DNA from: a bacterium
Lineage (GTDB): Bacteria; Patescibacteriota; JABMPQ01; JBDRIV01
Reading direction: 5' to 3'
Assembly: GCA_043815505.1 (NCBI GenBank)
Contig: JBDRIV010000003.1
Coordinates: forward strand, 62,239 to 126,238
Length of the DNA stretch: 64,000 nucleotides
The stretch's first letter is position 1. Every line of letters begins with the position of its first letter. The notes beneath the pieces were generated by a model. The model worked only from the letters and a program-made list of their open reading frames with translations. It ran no database searches and had not been told where the DNA came from. The translations under genes were made by a program, and so were the position numbers. Of the stretch, positions 38,128-46,877 are shown piece after piece.

Positions 38128-39270
38128 ATGGCCCTAAGCGCAATTAATCAAGCAAAAGAAATAATAGACGACGCCAAATCAATTCTACTGATTACGCGTG
38201 AACATCCCACTGAAGACTCTATCGGCAGTTTGCTGGCGTGCGGTTTATTTTTGGAAAAAATGGGAAAAGAAATTGATCTGGTTTGTCCCTCAGGATTTTC
38301 TTCTGCTCTCAATTTTTTACCGCGCTATGATAAAATTAAAGGCACTTTAAAATCGGCCAATAATTTTGTAATTTCTTTGGACACCTCTCATGCTAAAGTA
38401 GCAGAATTTTCTTACGACTTTGATGAAGACGGCAACAAATTAAATATTTATATAACACCAGAAAAAGGCAATTACAATGAATCACATTTGGACACCTATT
38501 CTGGTTCTTATAATTACCAGGCCATAATTACTATCAATACTCCTGATTTAGAGCGCTTGGGTTCAATTTACGAAAAACATGCATCGCTTTTTTTCAAAAC
38601 TCCAATTATTAATATTGATAATTCTTCTGCCAACGAAAATTTTGGTGAAGTAAATTTGGTTGATGTTAAAGCTTCGTCCACTTCAGAAGTTTTGTACGAA
38701 ATGATAAAAGAAATTGATTTTAAATTGTTTGATAAAAATATTGCTACGTCACTACTAACAGGAATTACTGCCGGCACGCAAAGTTTTCAAAATAATCGCA
38801 CAACTCCCAAATCTTTTCAAGTCGCCTCTTCTTTAATTGATCACGGTGCCGATCAACAGTTGATTGTAAAGAAGATTTACAAAACGAAATCTTTGCCTGC
38901 CTTAAAGCTATGGGGTCGAGTTTTAGCTCGTCTTAAACACGCACTCGGTTCTACTGTGGTTTGGAGTCTGGTAACAGCCGATGATTTTCGTCGAGCGGAA
39001 GCTACAGCCAATGATTTGGCAGGTGCTTTGGATGAAATAAGTTTGTCTGTTCCTGATGCTAAATTTATTATTATTATTTATGAAGCAGAACCGGGAATAA
39101 TTTCTGGTTTAATTAGAATTCTGCCACCTTTAAAACCAAAAATTTATGAATCTCGCTTTAATGTTTTAAAGAAAAGCGATCGTGATTTAACTATTAACTT
39201 TACAGAAAATTCTTTGGCCGAAGCTGAAAAAATGATAAAAAACTTGATTAAGGAAACTGTGGTTATTTAG
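38128..39270 (+). CDS. DHH-family phosphoesterase (NrnA-like)
   Basis: 380 aa. N-terminal DHH-like motif (HPTEDSIGS) and a DHHA1-like C-terminal half. Confidence 0.5.
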   Translation: MALSAINQAKEIIDDAKSILLITREHPTEDSIGSLLACGLFLEKMGKEIDLVCPSGFSSALNFLPRYDKIKGTLKSANNFVISLDTSHAKVAEFSYDFDEDGNKLNIYITPEKGNYNESHLDTYSGSYNYQAIITINTPDLERLGSIYEKHASLFFKTPIINIDNSSANENFGEVNLVDVKASSTSEVLYEMIKEIDFKLFDKNIATSLLTGITAGTQSFQNNRTTPKSFQVASSLIDHGADQQLIVKKIYKTKSLPALKLWGRVLARLKHALGSTVVWSLVTADDFRRAEATANDLAGALDEISLSVPDAKFIIIIYEAEPGIISGLIRILPPLKPKIYESRFNVLKKSDRDLTINFTENSLAEAEKMIKNLIKETVVI

Positions 39271-39425
39271 TTCCCTAACACAAATTAGATAGACTGTTAT
39301 TGTTTATATTTGGCTTATATAAGCCTTTTTTATTCCCCAACTATTGACATTATTTATGTTTTGTGATAACATGTAATGTCTGTTTGTGGAAATGTACTAA
39401 AACAACTTGATAGGAGGACAAGGAA

Positions 39426-39800
39426 ATGGACGTAATAAGAAAGGTTGTTGAGGACAGGAGTTTGATCAGGAGCCAGTTGTGGGCCCCAAAGCGGTATTTC
39501 GCAAGCATTCTGGGAATCATTTTCATGACCCAGATGATTTACCACTCATGGTCGGAACGATCGGCCGAGTCGATCTTCAGCTTCGTGAAAATCCCCGGTT
39601 GCTCCGAAACGATGATTTTCATCATCGGAGCATTGGTCACTAGCCTGGTGATCATATTGATCTTCAAGTGGTTGGTGATAAATCGCTCCAACCGCAAGCT
39701 CGCGAAAAGAATCAATGAGCGTATGCTCATTACGGATTACCTGGTCGAATTCACGATCACTTCAAGTCCTGATGAAAAAAAATTTATTATGAAATACTAA
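39426..39800 (+). CDS. Hypothetical small membrane protein in a GC-rich patch
   Basis: 124 aa. RBS AGGAGG, two TM helices. Local GC is about 50%. Strong terminator follows. Confidence 0.45.
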   Translation: MDVIRKVVEDRSLIRSQLWAPKRYFASILGIIFMTQMIYHSWSERSAESIFSFVKIPGCSETMIFIIGALVTSLVIILIFKWLVINRSNRKLAKRINERMLITDYLVEFTITSSPDEKKFIMKY

Positions 39801-39827
39801 TCCAACTCGCACCATCTGCGCGGAACC

Positions 39828-39868
39828 GAAAGCCCCCGCGCTATACAAATCAGGGCTTTCTTTTTTTT
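39828..39868 (+). terminator. Rho-independent terminator (GAAAGCCC-N17-GGGCTTTC + T8)
   Basis: 8-bp perfect stem followed by TTTTTTTT. Confidence 0.6.
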
Positions 39869-39910
39869 AATTCTAATTTTGCTATAATATAGAGTAGTTT
39901 AAACTTCTAC

Positions 39911-41602
39911 ATGCCCAAAAACCAACCAGCTGACCGCTTGACCAAAGGTACGTACGGAAACTACCAAAGCGGCAAGCAAGAAAAACTAAGCAAAAAACTT
40001 TCTTCCCTTTCTGAAGCTGCTTTAGAAAACCAAGTTGAGCAGACAGCCGAAAGAAATGGTATGCGTTACGCTAATTTGCGTGGCTTCCCGATTGATCAGG
40101 AAGCTATGATTTTGGTTCCGGAAGAAGAGGCACGCGATAATAATTACGCCATCATTAATCGCCAAGGGAAAAATTTGGTTGTGGTTACAACTATTCCTAA
40201 TAACGAAAAAATTCGTGATTTGTGGCGTCGGATGGAAGATGAAAATGGATATACCATTGCCACTAAATATTTGGTTTCGCAAAGCAGTTTTGATTATCTT
40301 TTAAATCTTTACAAAACTGCTCCGAAAATTATCGTGGCCACCAATGATGTTGATATCACAGCAGAATCTTTATTGAAAGCGCAAGAAGAAGTAAAAAATA
40401 TTGAGGCTTTGAAAGGAAAAATTCGCGAAGTAGAAACTTCCGAATTACTGGAACTAATTATTGCTGGTTCGGTGGCTTCAAAATCTTCTGATATTCACAT
40501 TGATCCTGAAAAAGAACAAGTACAATTACGTTACAGAATTGATGGAATTTTGCAGAATGTTACTACTATTCCTCACAACACTTACAAAAGAGTTTTATCG
40601 CGCGTAAAACTTTTAAGTGGGATGAAATTAAATATTTCTAATGTCCCTCAAGATGGCCGCTTCACTATTGATTTAGGTGAAGGCCGAGCAATTGATTTAA
40701 GAATTTCTCTTTTACCAACAGCTTATGGCGAAACTTTGGTTATAAGATTACTCGGAACTGGTGAAACTTCGTTGTCAGTTAAAGATTTGGGAATGCGCGG
40801 TGACGCCTTAAAAATTATTGAAGAAGAAATTGCCAAACCAAATGGCATGATTCTAACCACCGGTCCGACTGGTTCTGGTAAAACAACTTCTCTGTATGCT
40901 TTTATAAATAAAATTAAAAAGCCGGAAATAAATATTATCACTTTGGAAAATCCGATTGAGTATCGTTTAGATGGAGTTTCTCAAACTCAAATTGATACCG
41001 ACGCCGGCATGACTTTTGCTTCCGGATTGCGTTCCATTTTACGTCAGGATCCAGATGTAATTATGGTTGGTGAGATTCGCGATTTGGAAACGGCGGAAAT
41101 TGCTTGTCAGGCAGCGCTCACTGGTCACATTGTTTTCTCAACCCTACATACCAATGATGCGTCAGGTGTAATTCCTCGTTTTATAAATATGGGAATTCGT
41201 CCTTTTGTTTTAGGTCCAGCACTTAATGCTATGATTGCTCAACGTTTGGTCAGACGCCTTTGTGAAAAATGTAAAATATCCTATAAACCAGATATGATTT
41301 TATTGGATAAAATGAAAGAAGAAATGGCTCAACATTATCCTAAAAAAGTTAGTAAGTTCTACAAAGCTAATCCTGAAGGTTGCAAAGAATGTAGTTTAAC
41401 TGGTTATAAAGGCCGGGTAGGAATTTATGAAGTAATTAGAAATGATAAATTTATTAGGTCATTAATTGACGCTAGGGCTTCAGCTGATGAAATAATTGAT
41501 GCCGCTGCTAGAAAACAAAATACCGTCTTTATGAGACAAGACGGCTTGTTGCGCGTAATTGAAGGTATTACTTCTTTAGAAGAAATTGATCGTGTAACAT
41601 AA
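39911..41602 (+). CDS. pilB: Type IV pilus assembly / type II secretion ATPase (PilB/GspE family)
   Basis: 563 aa. Walker A GPTGSGKTTS, Asp box, His box, and the tetracysteine motif CEKC...CKEC. Confidence 0.9.
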   Translation: MPKNQPADRLTKGTYGNYQSGKQEKLSKKLSSLSEAALENQVEQTAERNGMRYANLRGFPIDQEAMILVPEEEARDNNYAIINRQGKNLVVVTTIPNNEKIRDLWRRMEDENGYTIATKYLVSQSSFDYLLNLYKTAPKIIVATNDVDITAESLLKAQEEVKNIEALKGKIREVETSELLELIIAGSVASKSSDIHIDPEKEQVQLRYRIDGILQNVTTIPHNTYKRVLSRVKLLSGMKLNISNVPQDGRFTIDLGEGRAIDLRISLLPTAYGETLVIRLLGTGETSLSVKDLGMRGDALKIIEEEIAKPNGMILTTGPTGSGKTTSLYAFINKIKKPEINIITLENPIEYRLDGVSQTQIDTDAGMTFASGLRSILRQDPDVIMVGEIRDLETAEIACQAALTGHIVFSTLHTNDASGVIPRFINMGIRPFVLGPALNAMIAQRLVRRLCEKCKISYKPDMILLDKMKEEMAQHYPKKVSKFYKANPEGCKECSLTGYKGRVGIYEVIRNDKFIRSLIDARASADEIIDAAARKQNTVFMRQDGLLRVIEGITSLEEIDRVT

Positions 41603-41657
41603 TTGGCCTATAGCATATAGCTAATGGCTTATGGAATGCCTTTTACTAGTGACTTGT

Positions 41658-41701
41658 CCAGCCCCAGTTTTTTATTCCAAAAACTGGGGCTGGGGTTTTT
41701 T
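41658..41701 (+). terminator. Strong rho-independent terminator after pilB
   Basis: 14-15-bp stem (CCAGCCCCAGTTTTT / AAAACTGGGGCTGG) followed by GGTTTTTT. Confidence 0.7.
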
Positions 41702-42313
41702 GATATAAAAAGGGGGGGGCGCTATTCTTCTTCCCGAATGGGAAAAATTTGGCGCCCCCGCAGGCTAGTCGCAGACGTGTGGGTCCCAGTGGCTCATAGT
41801 GTGTCCTCACGGCGATTTATGGTGCTTGCGCGACGAGTCGTCGTGTTAGCGGCGTAAGCACCTGTTCCAGGATTGATGTTGCCAGTCAGCAGGCCGACTG
41901 GCTTCACACTTGGACGGTAGGAGTGAATAGAAGGTTTTGTCCATTTCATCACTGGACCGATTATCGCACTCTCGAAATACCGCCTCTCTGGTACGATTAA
42001 TTTATACCAAAACGATTTTTTCTTGTCAATAAAAATAGGGCAACTTCTGGTTAGACCATTAGTTGCCTTGTATATTTTTTCTTGTCACAACTTTTGAAAT
42101 ATTATTTTATAAAATCCTCCTTCTATGAATGGTTTAGCTGTCCTCACATTGCAAACGAAATAATTTCGGGGCGCCGGACGACTCTGTTGCAGTAGAGGCC
42201 GTCCGGGCACCCACGGGACCATGATAAATGAGAAGCTTTGCCAAAAGGCCGTTTTGACAATCATTTACCACAGACCACAGTTGAAATATTTTTATCCTAA
42301 GAGATTGTTTGTG

Positions 42314-42358
42314 TCAATAAAAAACCGCCAGTGACTTATTTTGATAAGTTTGGCGGTT
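42314..42358 (-). terminator. Minus-strand terminator downstream of the 42379..42651 ORF
   Basis: AACCGCCA-N20-TGGCGGTT stem, followed on the minus strand by TTTTTTATT. Confidence 0.45.
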
Positions 42359-42378
42359 GAGAGATAGGTGATAAAATT

Positions 42379-42651
42379 CTACCACCAGATAAGACTGTCT
42401 CTCTCCTTTCTGTCCTGGCGACTGTCTCTTTTCTCAGAACGGGAACGTTCAACCTGCTGGAACGCGCTTTTGCCAGGGCCGCCGTTGTTTATGATCTCCT
42501 CGCCGTTGACGTCGTAGAGCACGTCGTGAATCCACTGGGTCGGACCGGTGACACCGAACTGGGCGATGGCCTGTTTGCGCACCTTCTTGCGCTTACGTAT
42601 GGCAACCATATTCTTTTTTTTATCCCTTTTCACCCTTTTTCTCGCCATCAC
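42379..42651 (-). CDS. Hypothetical small basic protein, GC-rich (about 55% GC)
   Basis: 90 aa. RBS GGAGG 9 nt upstream. N-terminus extremely Lys/Arg-rich. Own terminator downstream. No family recognised. Confidence 0.35.
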   Translation of the reverse strand: MMARKRVKRDKKKNMVAIRKRKKVRKQAIAQFGVTGPTQWIHDVLYDVNGEEIINNGGPGKSAFQQVERSRSEKRDSRQDRKERDSLIWW

Positions 42652-42753
42652 CTTGCCTCCATAAATGCGTTAGAGATGCAGTTGAAAAAACAAAAAATGC
42701 TATTTGAAGCATCGTGAAATATTATAATAGTATTACAATTCTGTCAAGACTAA

Positions 42754-45399
42754 TTATAACTCCCCCAAATGTTTATCAATTATTTTTAATCTCTCAGAAA
42801 ACGAAGTTTGTTTTTTCTTTTCCAATTCTACCACTTCCTCGGGAGCGCCGGCCATAAATTTTTCGTTCTGCAGTTTTCTTTCAATCCCCTCCAAATATTT
42901 AGCAACTTCTTTTCTTTCATTTTCCAGTCTTACTTTTTCGCGGGTGACGTCAATTTTTCCCCGCAAATCAATTGCAACGTAACCTTTTTTGAGAGCTATT
43001 TTTAAGATACCTTTTTCTTTGCCAATTTTATTTTTTAGATAACAACGACTTAGATATTCAATTATTTCTTTTTGTTTACAGGCTGTTTTGTCGCTGACAA
43101 AAATATCCAGCTTTTCATTTGGTTTAATTTGATATTCGGCACGAACATTTCTAACAGTAGTTATAATCTCCTGCAAGTTAGCAAATTCATTTTCCGCGCG
43201 AGTATTTTTTGCAGCTGGTTTTGCTTTCGGCCATGCTGCAACGATCAATAATTCATCTTTTTCCTGAATGTCTGCCCAAATAGTTTCAGTAATAAATGGT
43301 ATAAAAGGATGGAGCATAATCAGAACTTCTGATAAAACTTTAGTGAGAACGTCGGCGGTTATTTTTTCGTTGGCTTGAATTTTGGAAATCTCTACATACC
43401 AATCGGCCAATTCATGCCAAACAAAATCGTAAAGTTTTTGACCAGCATCGCCATAACGATAAGTTGTGAAAGATTCTTTTATTTCTTCTTTCAAATTTTC
43501 TAAACGGGAAAGAATCCATTTGTCAGCTAAGGTTTCACTCTTTAATGTGCGCGGAATTTTTCCAGAAAATCCTTTAGAATCAGTTAAATATCTGGCAATA
43601 TTCCAAATTTTATTAGAAAAGTTTCGGTAACCAGCAATTTTTTCTTCATGCAATTTCAAATCCTGACCAGCTCTTGTTCCTACAACTAAAGCCATGCGCA
43701 AAGCATCCGTTCCATATTTGGCTGTCATGAGTAACGGATCAATTCCTGTTCCTTTAGATTTACTCATCTTCTGACCAGTTTTCGGATCCAAAATCATGCC
43801 GTGAAAATAAATTGTTTTAAATGGAACTTCATCTAAGAAATACAGTGAGAGCATCATCATGCGAGCTACCCAGAAAAATATTAAATCCCAGCCCGTTTCC
43901 ATAACATCAGTTGGGTGAAACTCCTGTAGATCACTATTTTTCTTTCCTTCATTTTTTGGCCAGCCTAAAGTTGAGAATGTCCATAAGCCAGATGAAAACC
44001 AAGTATCAAGTGTATCTTCATCTTGATAAATTTTACTTGAACCGCAGTCGTTACATTTTTTCGGTGGTTTCAAGCCAACATGAATTCCTTTTCGTTTCTT
44101 GCCTTTGCCATACAAAGTTTCGTCGTAACAATCTTTACAATAATAAGCGGGAACTTGATGACCCCACCAAATCTGACGCGAGATGCACCAGTCCTGAATA
44201 TTGGCTAACCAATTGTAATAAAGTTTGTTGAAACGTTCCGGAACAATTTTGGTCTTCCCAGTTTTGACAGCTGCTAAAGCTTTATCAGCTAGAAGTTTAA
44301 CATCCACAAACCACTGCGTGGTAAGAAGTGGTTCAATTACTGATGAACATCTTTCACAAAGCCCAACTGAATGCTTGTAATCTTCTTCTTTTTCCAGTAG
44401 TCCAAGCTTTTCCATTTTCTCTACAACTTTTTGTCGTGCTTTAATTGATTCTAAATCCTGAAAATCTTTGCCGGCCGCTGTCGTCATTTTTCCTTCTTTA
44501 TTAATAACAGAAATGGCCGGCAATTTATGGCGCTGCCCCATGGTAAAATCGTTTGGATCATGAGCCGGCGTTACTTTAACGACGCCGGTGCCAAAATCTT
44601 TATCAACTAATCTGTCCTTAATAACAGGAATTTCGCGACCAATAATTGGCAACACCAAGATTTGGCCAATATATTTTTGGTAGCGCTTGTCATCAGGATT
44701 CACAGCCACGGCCGTATCACCCAGCATAGTTTCCGGACGCGTTGTTGCCACTACAATAAATTCTTCAGAATCTTTGAGCGGATATTTAAAATACCAAAGC
44801 TTCCCTTGTCGATCTTCGTACTTTACTTCTAAATCAGAAACTACCGATTCACAGCGCGTGCAAAAATTTGTGAGACGCAAATCGCGATAAATTTTATTGT
44901 CATTATATAAACGAATAAATGATTCTTGCACAGCGAAGTACATATCTTTATCCATGGTGAATTTCTCCCGACTCCAATCACAGCTGGCTCCCATCGTTTT
45001 TGTTTGCTCAACAATTTTTGGACGAGTCTCTGCTACCCACTTCTTAACTTCAGCTAAAAACTTATCGCGTCCTAAATCATGCCGATTCAAACCTTTTTCT
45101 GATAGTTTTTTTTCAACCACCACTGTAGTTCCAATTCCCGCACTATCAGTTCCTGGCAACCACAAAGTTTTGCGTCCGTTCAGGCGCTGATAACGAATCA
45201 TAATATCTTGAATCGTCAAAACTAAAGCATGACCTAAATGTAAATCACCAGTTACATTTGGTGGTGGCATAGAAATGGTAAAAGGTTTTCGCTTTTTAGC
45301 ATTCGATAGTTTTTCCGGTGTAAAATAGCCCGATTTTTCCCATTTATCATAAATCGCGCGCTCGTTTTCTTTTGGATTGTAATTCTTTGGTAATGACAT
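42754..45399 (-). CDS. valS: Valine--tRNA ligase
   Basis: 881 aa. HIGH (PNVTGDLHLGHAL) and KMSKS motifs and a C-terminal coiled coil. Confidence 0.95.
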   Translation of the reverse strand: MSLPKNYNPKENERAIYDKWEKSGYFTPEKLSNAKKRKPFTISMPPPNVTGDLHLGHALVLTIQDIMIRYQRLNGRKTLWLPGTDSAGIGTTVVVEKKLSEKGLNRHDLGRDKFLAEVKKWVAETRPKIVEQTKTMGASCDWSREKFTMDKDMYFAVQESFIRLYNDNKIYRDLRLTNFCTRCESVVSDLEVKYEDRQGKLWYFKYPLKDSEEFIVVATTRPETMLGDTAVAVNPDDKRYQKYIGQILVLPIIGREIPVIKDRLVDKDFGTGVVKVTPAHDPNDFTMGQRHKLPAISVINKEGKMTTAAGKDFQDLESIKARQKVVEKMEKLGLLEKEEDYKHSVGLCERCSSVIEPLLTTQWFVDVKLLADKALAAVKTGKTKIVPERFNKLYYNWLANIQDWCISRQIWWGHQVPAYYCKDCYDETLYGKGKKRKGIHVGLKPPKKCNDCGSSKIYQDEDTLDTWFSSGLWTFSTLGWPKNEGKKNSDLQEFHPTDVMETGWDLIFFWVARMMMLSLYFLDEVPFKTIYFHGMILDPKTGQKMSKSKGTGIDPLLMTAKYGTDALRMALVVGTRAGQDLKLHEEKIAGYRNFSNKIWNIARYLTDSKGFSGKIPRTLKSETLADKWILSRLENLKEEIKESFTTYRYGDAGQKLYDFVWHELADWYVEISKIQANEKITADVLTKVLSEVLIMLHPFIPFITETIWADIQEKDELLIVAAWPKAKPAAKNTRAENEFANLQEIITTVRNVRAEYQIKPNEKLDIFVSDKTACKQKEIIEYLSRCYLKNKIGKEKGILKIALKKGYVAIDLRGKIDVTREKVRLENERKEVAKYLEGIERKLQNEKFMAGAPEEVVELEKKKQTSFSERLKIIDKHLGEL

Positions 45400-45590
45400 T
45401 GTCTGTCTTTTTTGTCAAAAAAAATACTGCTTATGTTTATAATAAGTCAAAAAAGGATAATTGTAAAAACGGATTGACGAATAGTAATTTATCTGTTAAA
45501 TTTACTCTCGCATTCCCAAGCACGGAAATTGCTTGGATTTATGTTATAATAAATAAAAAGTTAAAGCTCAAAAGTCAAAACTTAAAAGGA

Positions 45591-45950
45591 ATGCGTAAAA
45601 GCTCGTGGTCTGAAGCTGGGGTTGACCCTAAACAAAGATGTTATAGATTTAGTCTACAAATAATAAAACTGTATTCTAAGTCTATAATTTATAAAACATT
45701 ATACAATCAATTGCTTCGTTCCGCGACATCAATTGGTGCCAATATTGTTGAAGGAAAATCCTCTAGTTCCCGCAAAGAGTTTAGACAATATTATGTAATG
45801 GCATTAAAAAGTGCCAATGAAACCAGATATTGGCTAGGATTGCTAAGAGATGGCAAAATAACCGATAGTGAAAGAATAAATAAACTGCTTGATGAAGCTA
45901 TACAGATTTCTAAAATAATCGCCAGTTCTGTGATAAAATTAAAACAATAA
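45591..45950 (+). CDS. Four-helix-bundle protein (23S-rRNA intervening-sequence-type protein family)
   Basis: About 120 aa from the ATG at 45591. The track ORF begins at an upstream TTG. YRFSLQIIKLY...ATSIGANIVEG...SANETRYWLGL matches the TIGR02436-like family. Confidence 0.65.
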   Translation: MRKSSWSEAGVDPKQRCYRFSLQIIKLYSKSIIYKTLYNQLLRSATSIGANIVEGKSSSSRKEFRQYYVMALKSANETRYWLGLLRDGKITDSERINKLLDEAIQISKIIASSVIKLKQ

Positions 45951-45987
45951 TTTTTGCCTTTTGACTTTTAACTTTTGAATTAATTAT

Positions 45988-46125
45988 ATGCCTAAAAGAA
46001 CGTATCAACCGAAAAAAAGAAAGCGAGCCAAGACTCACGGTTTTACCAAAAGAATGCGTACCAAAAATGGACGTAATGTTCTTAAACGTCGTCGCGCCAA
46101 AGGTCGCAAAAAGCTGACTGTTTAA
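45988..46125 (+). CDS. rpmH: 50S ribosomal protein L34
   Basis: 45 aa, [45 protein letters not shown]. Not in the ORF track because it is short. Immediately precedes rnpA as in most bacteria. Confidence 0.85.
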   Translation: MPKRTYQPKKRKRAKTHGFTKRMRTKNGRNVLKRRRAKGRKKLTV

Positions 46126-46234
46126 CCCTGTAGTACAACCTTATAATGTATTTATTATAATTATGCTTTCAATTAGTTTTCGCAAAACAATAACAATCAT
46201 CTTAGTGTTACAACAAAAAAGTTGTACTACTGGG
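46126..46234. repeat. MITE-like element, 109 bp, TIRs CCCTGTAGTACAAC / GTTGTACTACTGGG, filling the rpmH-rnpA spacer
   Basis: Starts at the base after the rpmH stop codon and ends 14 nt before the rnpA ATG. Same TIR core as the element at 18713..18812. Confidence 0.5.
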
Positions 46235-46248
46235 TTTAAAACCTTATA

Positions 46249-46590
46249 ATGCTTCCGAAAAAGAATCGCATACTTAAAGATAAAGAATTCTCCTACCTTT
46301 ATCGGAAAGGCAAGTTTGTCAGCTGTGGTTGTATAATGATGAAATATTTACCTACCACCAAAGATGCTCCCTCTCGTTTCGGAATTGTAATTTCTACCAA
46401 AGTTTCAAAGAAATCTACGATTCGCAATAAAATTAAAAGACAGATCCGCGACGTTCTTAAAAAGAACTTCTCAAAATTTTCTACCGGTTACGACGCCGTT
46501 ATCATGACCAATCAGAATATTCTGGAAAAAAGTTATACTGAAATTGAAGAAGCGCTAAATAAATTATTTGCCAAAGCTAAATTTATATAA
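46249..46590 (+). CDS. rnpA: RNase P protein component
   Basis: 113 aa. Basic, with RnpA motifs (RNKIKRQIRDVL). Confidence 0.85.
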   Translation: MLPKKNRILKDKEFSYLYRKGKFVSCGCIMMKYLPTTKDAPSRFGIVISTKVSKKSTIRNKIKRQIRDVLKKNFSKFSTGYDAVIMTNQNILEKSYTEIEEALNKLFAKAKFI

Positions 46591-46877
46591 TGAAAAGACT
46601 TCTGAAAAATTTTGTCTTTCTACCTCGCCAAACTGTTGCTCGGCTAATTAATTTTTATCAACAAACTGTTTCCCCCGACCATAGCGAGATGGGAAAAATG
46701 AAACACCCGCACGGTTTTTGCCGCTACTATCCAAGTTGCAGTGAATACTCCAAGCAATCAGTAACAAAACACGGTGTGCTTAAGGGTGGTTTTTATTCAT
46801 TGCTTAGAATTCTTCGCTGTAATCCGTGGTCGCGCGGTGGCGTTGATCAAATACCATTAAACAACAAAACCAAATGA
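46590..46877 (+). CDS. yidD: Membrane protein insertion efficiency factor YidD
   Basis: CxxC...HGxxKG motif (YYPSCSEYSKQSVTKHGVLKG). Confidence 0.85.
   Translation: MKRLLKNFVFLPRQTVARLINFYQQTVSPDHSEMGKMKHPHGFCRYYPSCSEYSKQSVTKHGVLKGGFYSLLRILRCNPWSRGGVDQIPLNNKTK

Noticed and set aside
41624-41857. 77-aa ORF on the + strand after pilB
   Set aside because: It runs straight through the 15-bp-stem pilB terminator and has no RBS. Spurious.
41702-42378. tmRNA or RNase P RNA gene in the GC-rich region (a CAAACGAAATAATTTCGG segment looked tag-like, and CTACCACCA near 42381 looked like a CCA end)
   Set aside because: No GGAAAGUCCGG / ACAGAACCCGG RNase P cores. No tRNA-like GGUUCGA T-arm. No ...ALAA* tag frame. 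Left as an unassigned structured region.
45372-45590. N-terminal 73 codons of the four-helix-bundle ORF as given in the track
   Set aside because: The track ORF starts at a TTG that overlaps the valS start region on the other strand. The conserved domain begins at the ATG at 45591.
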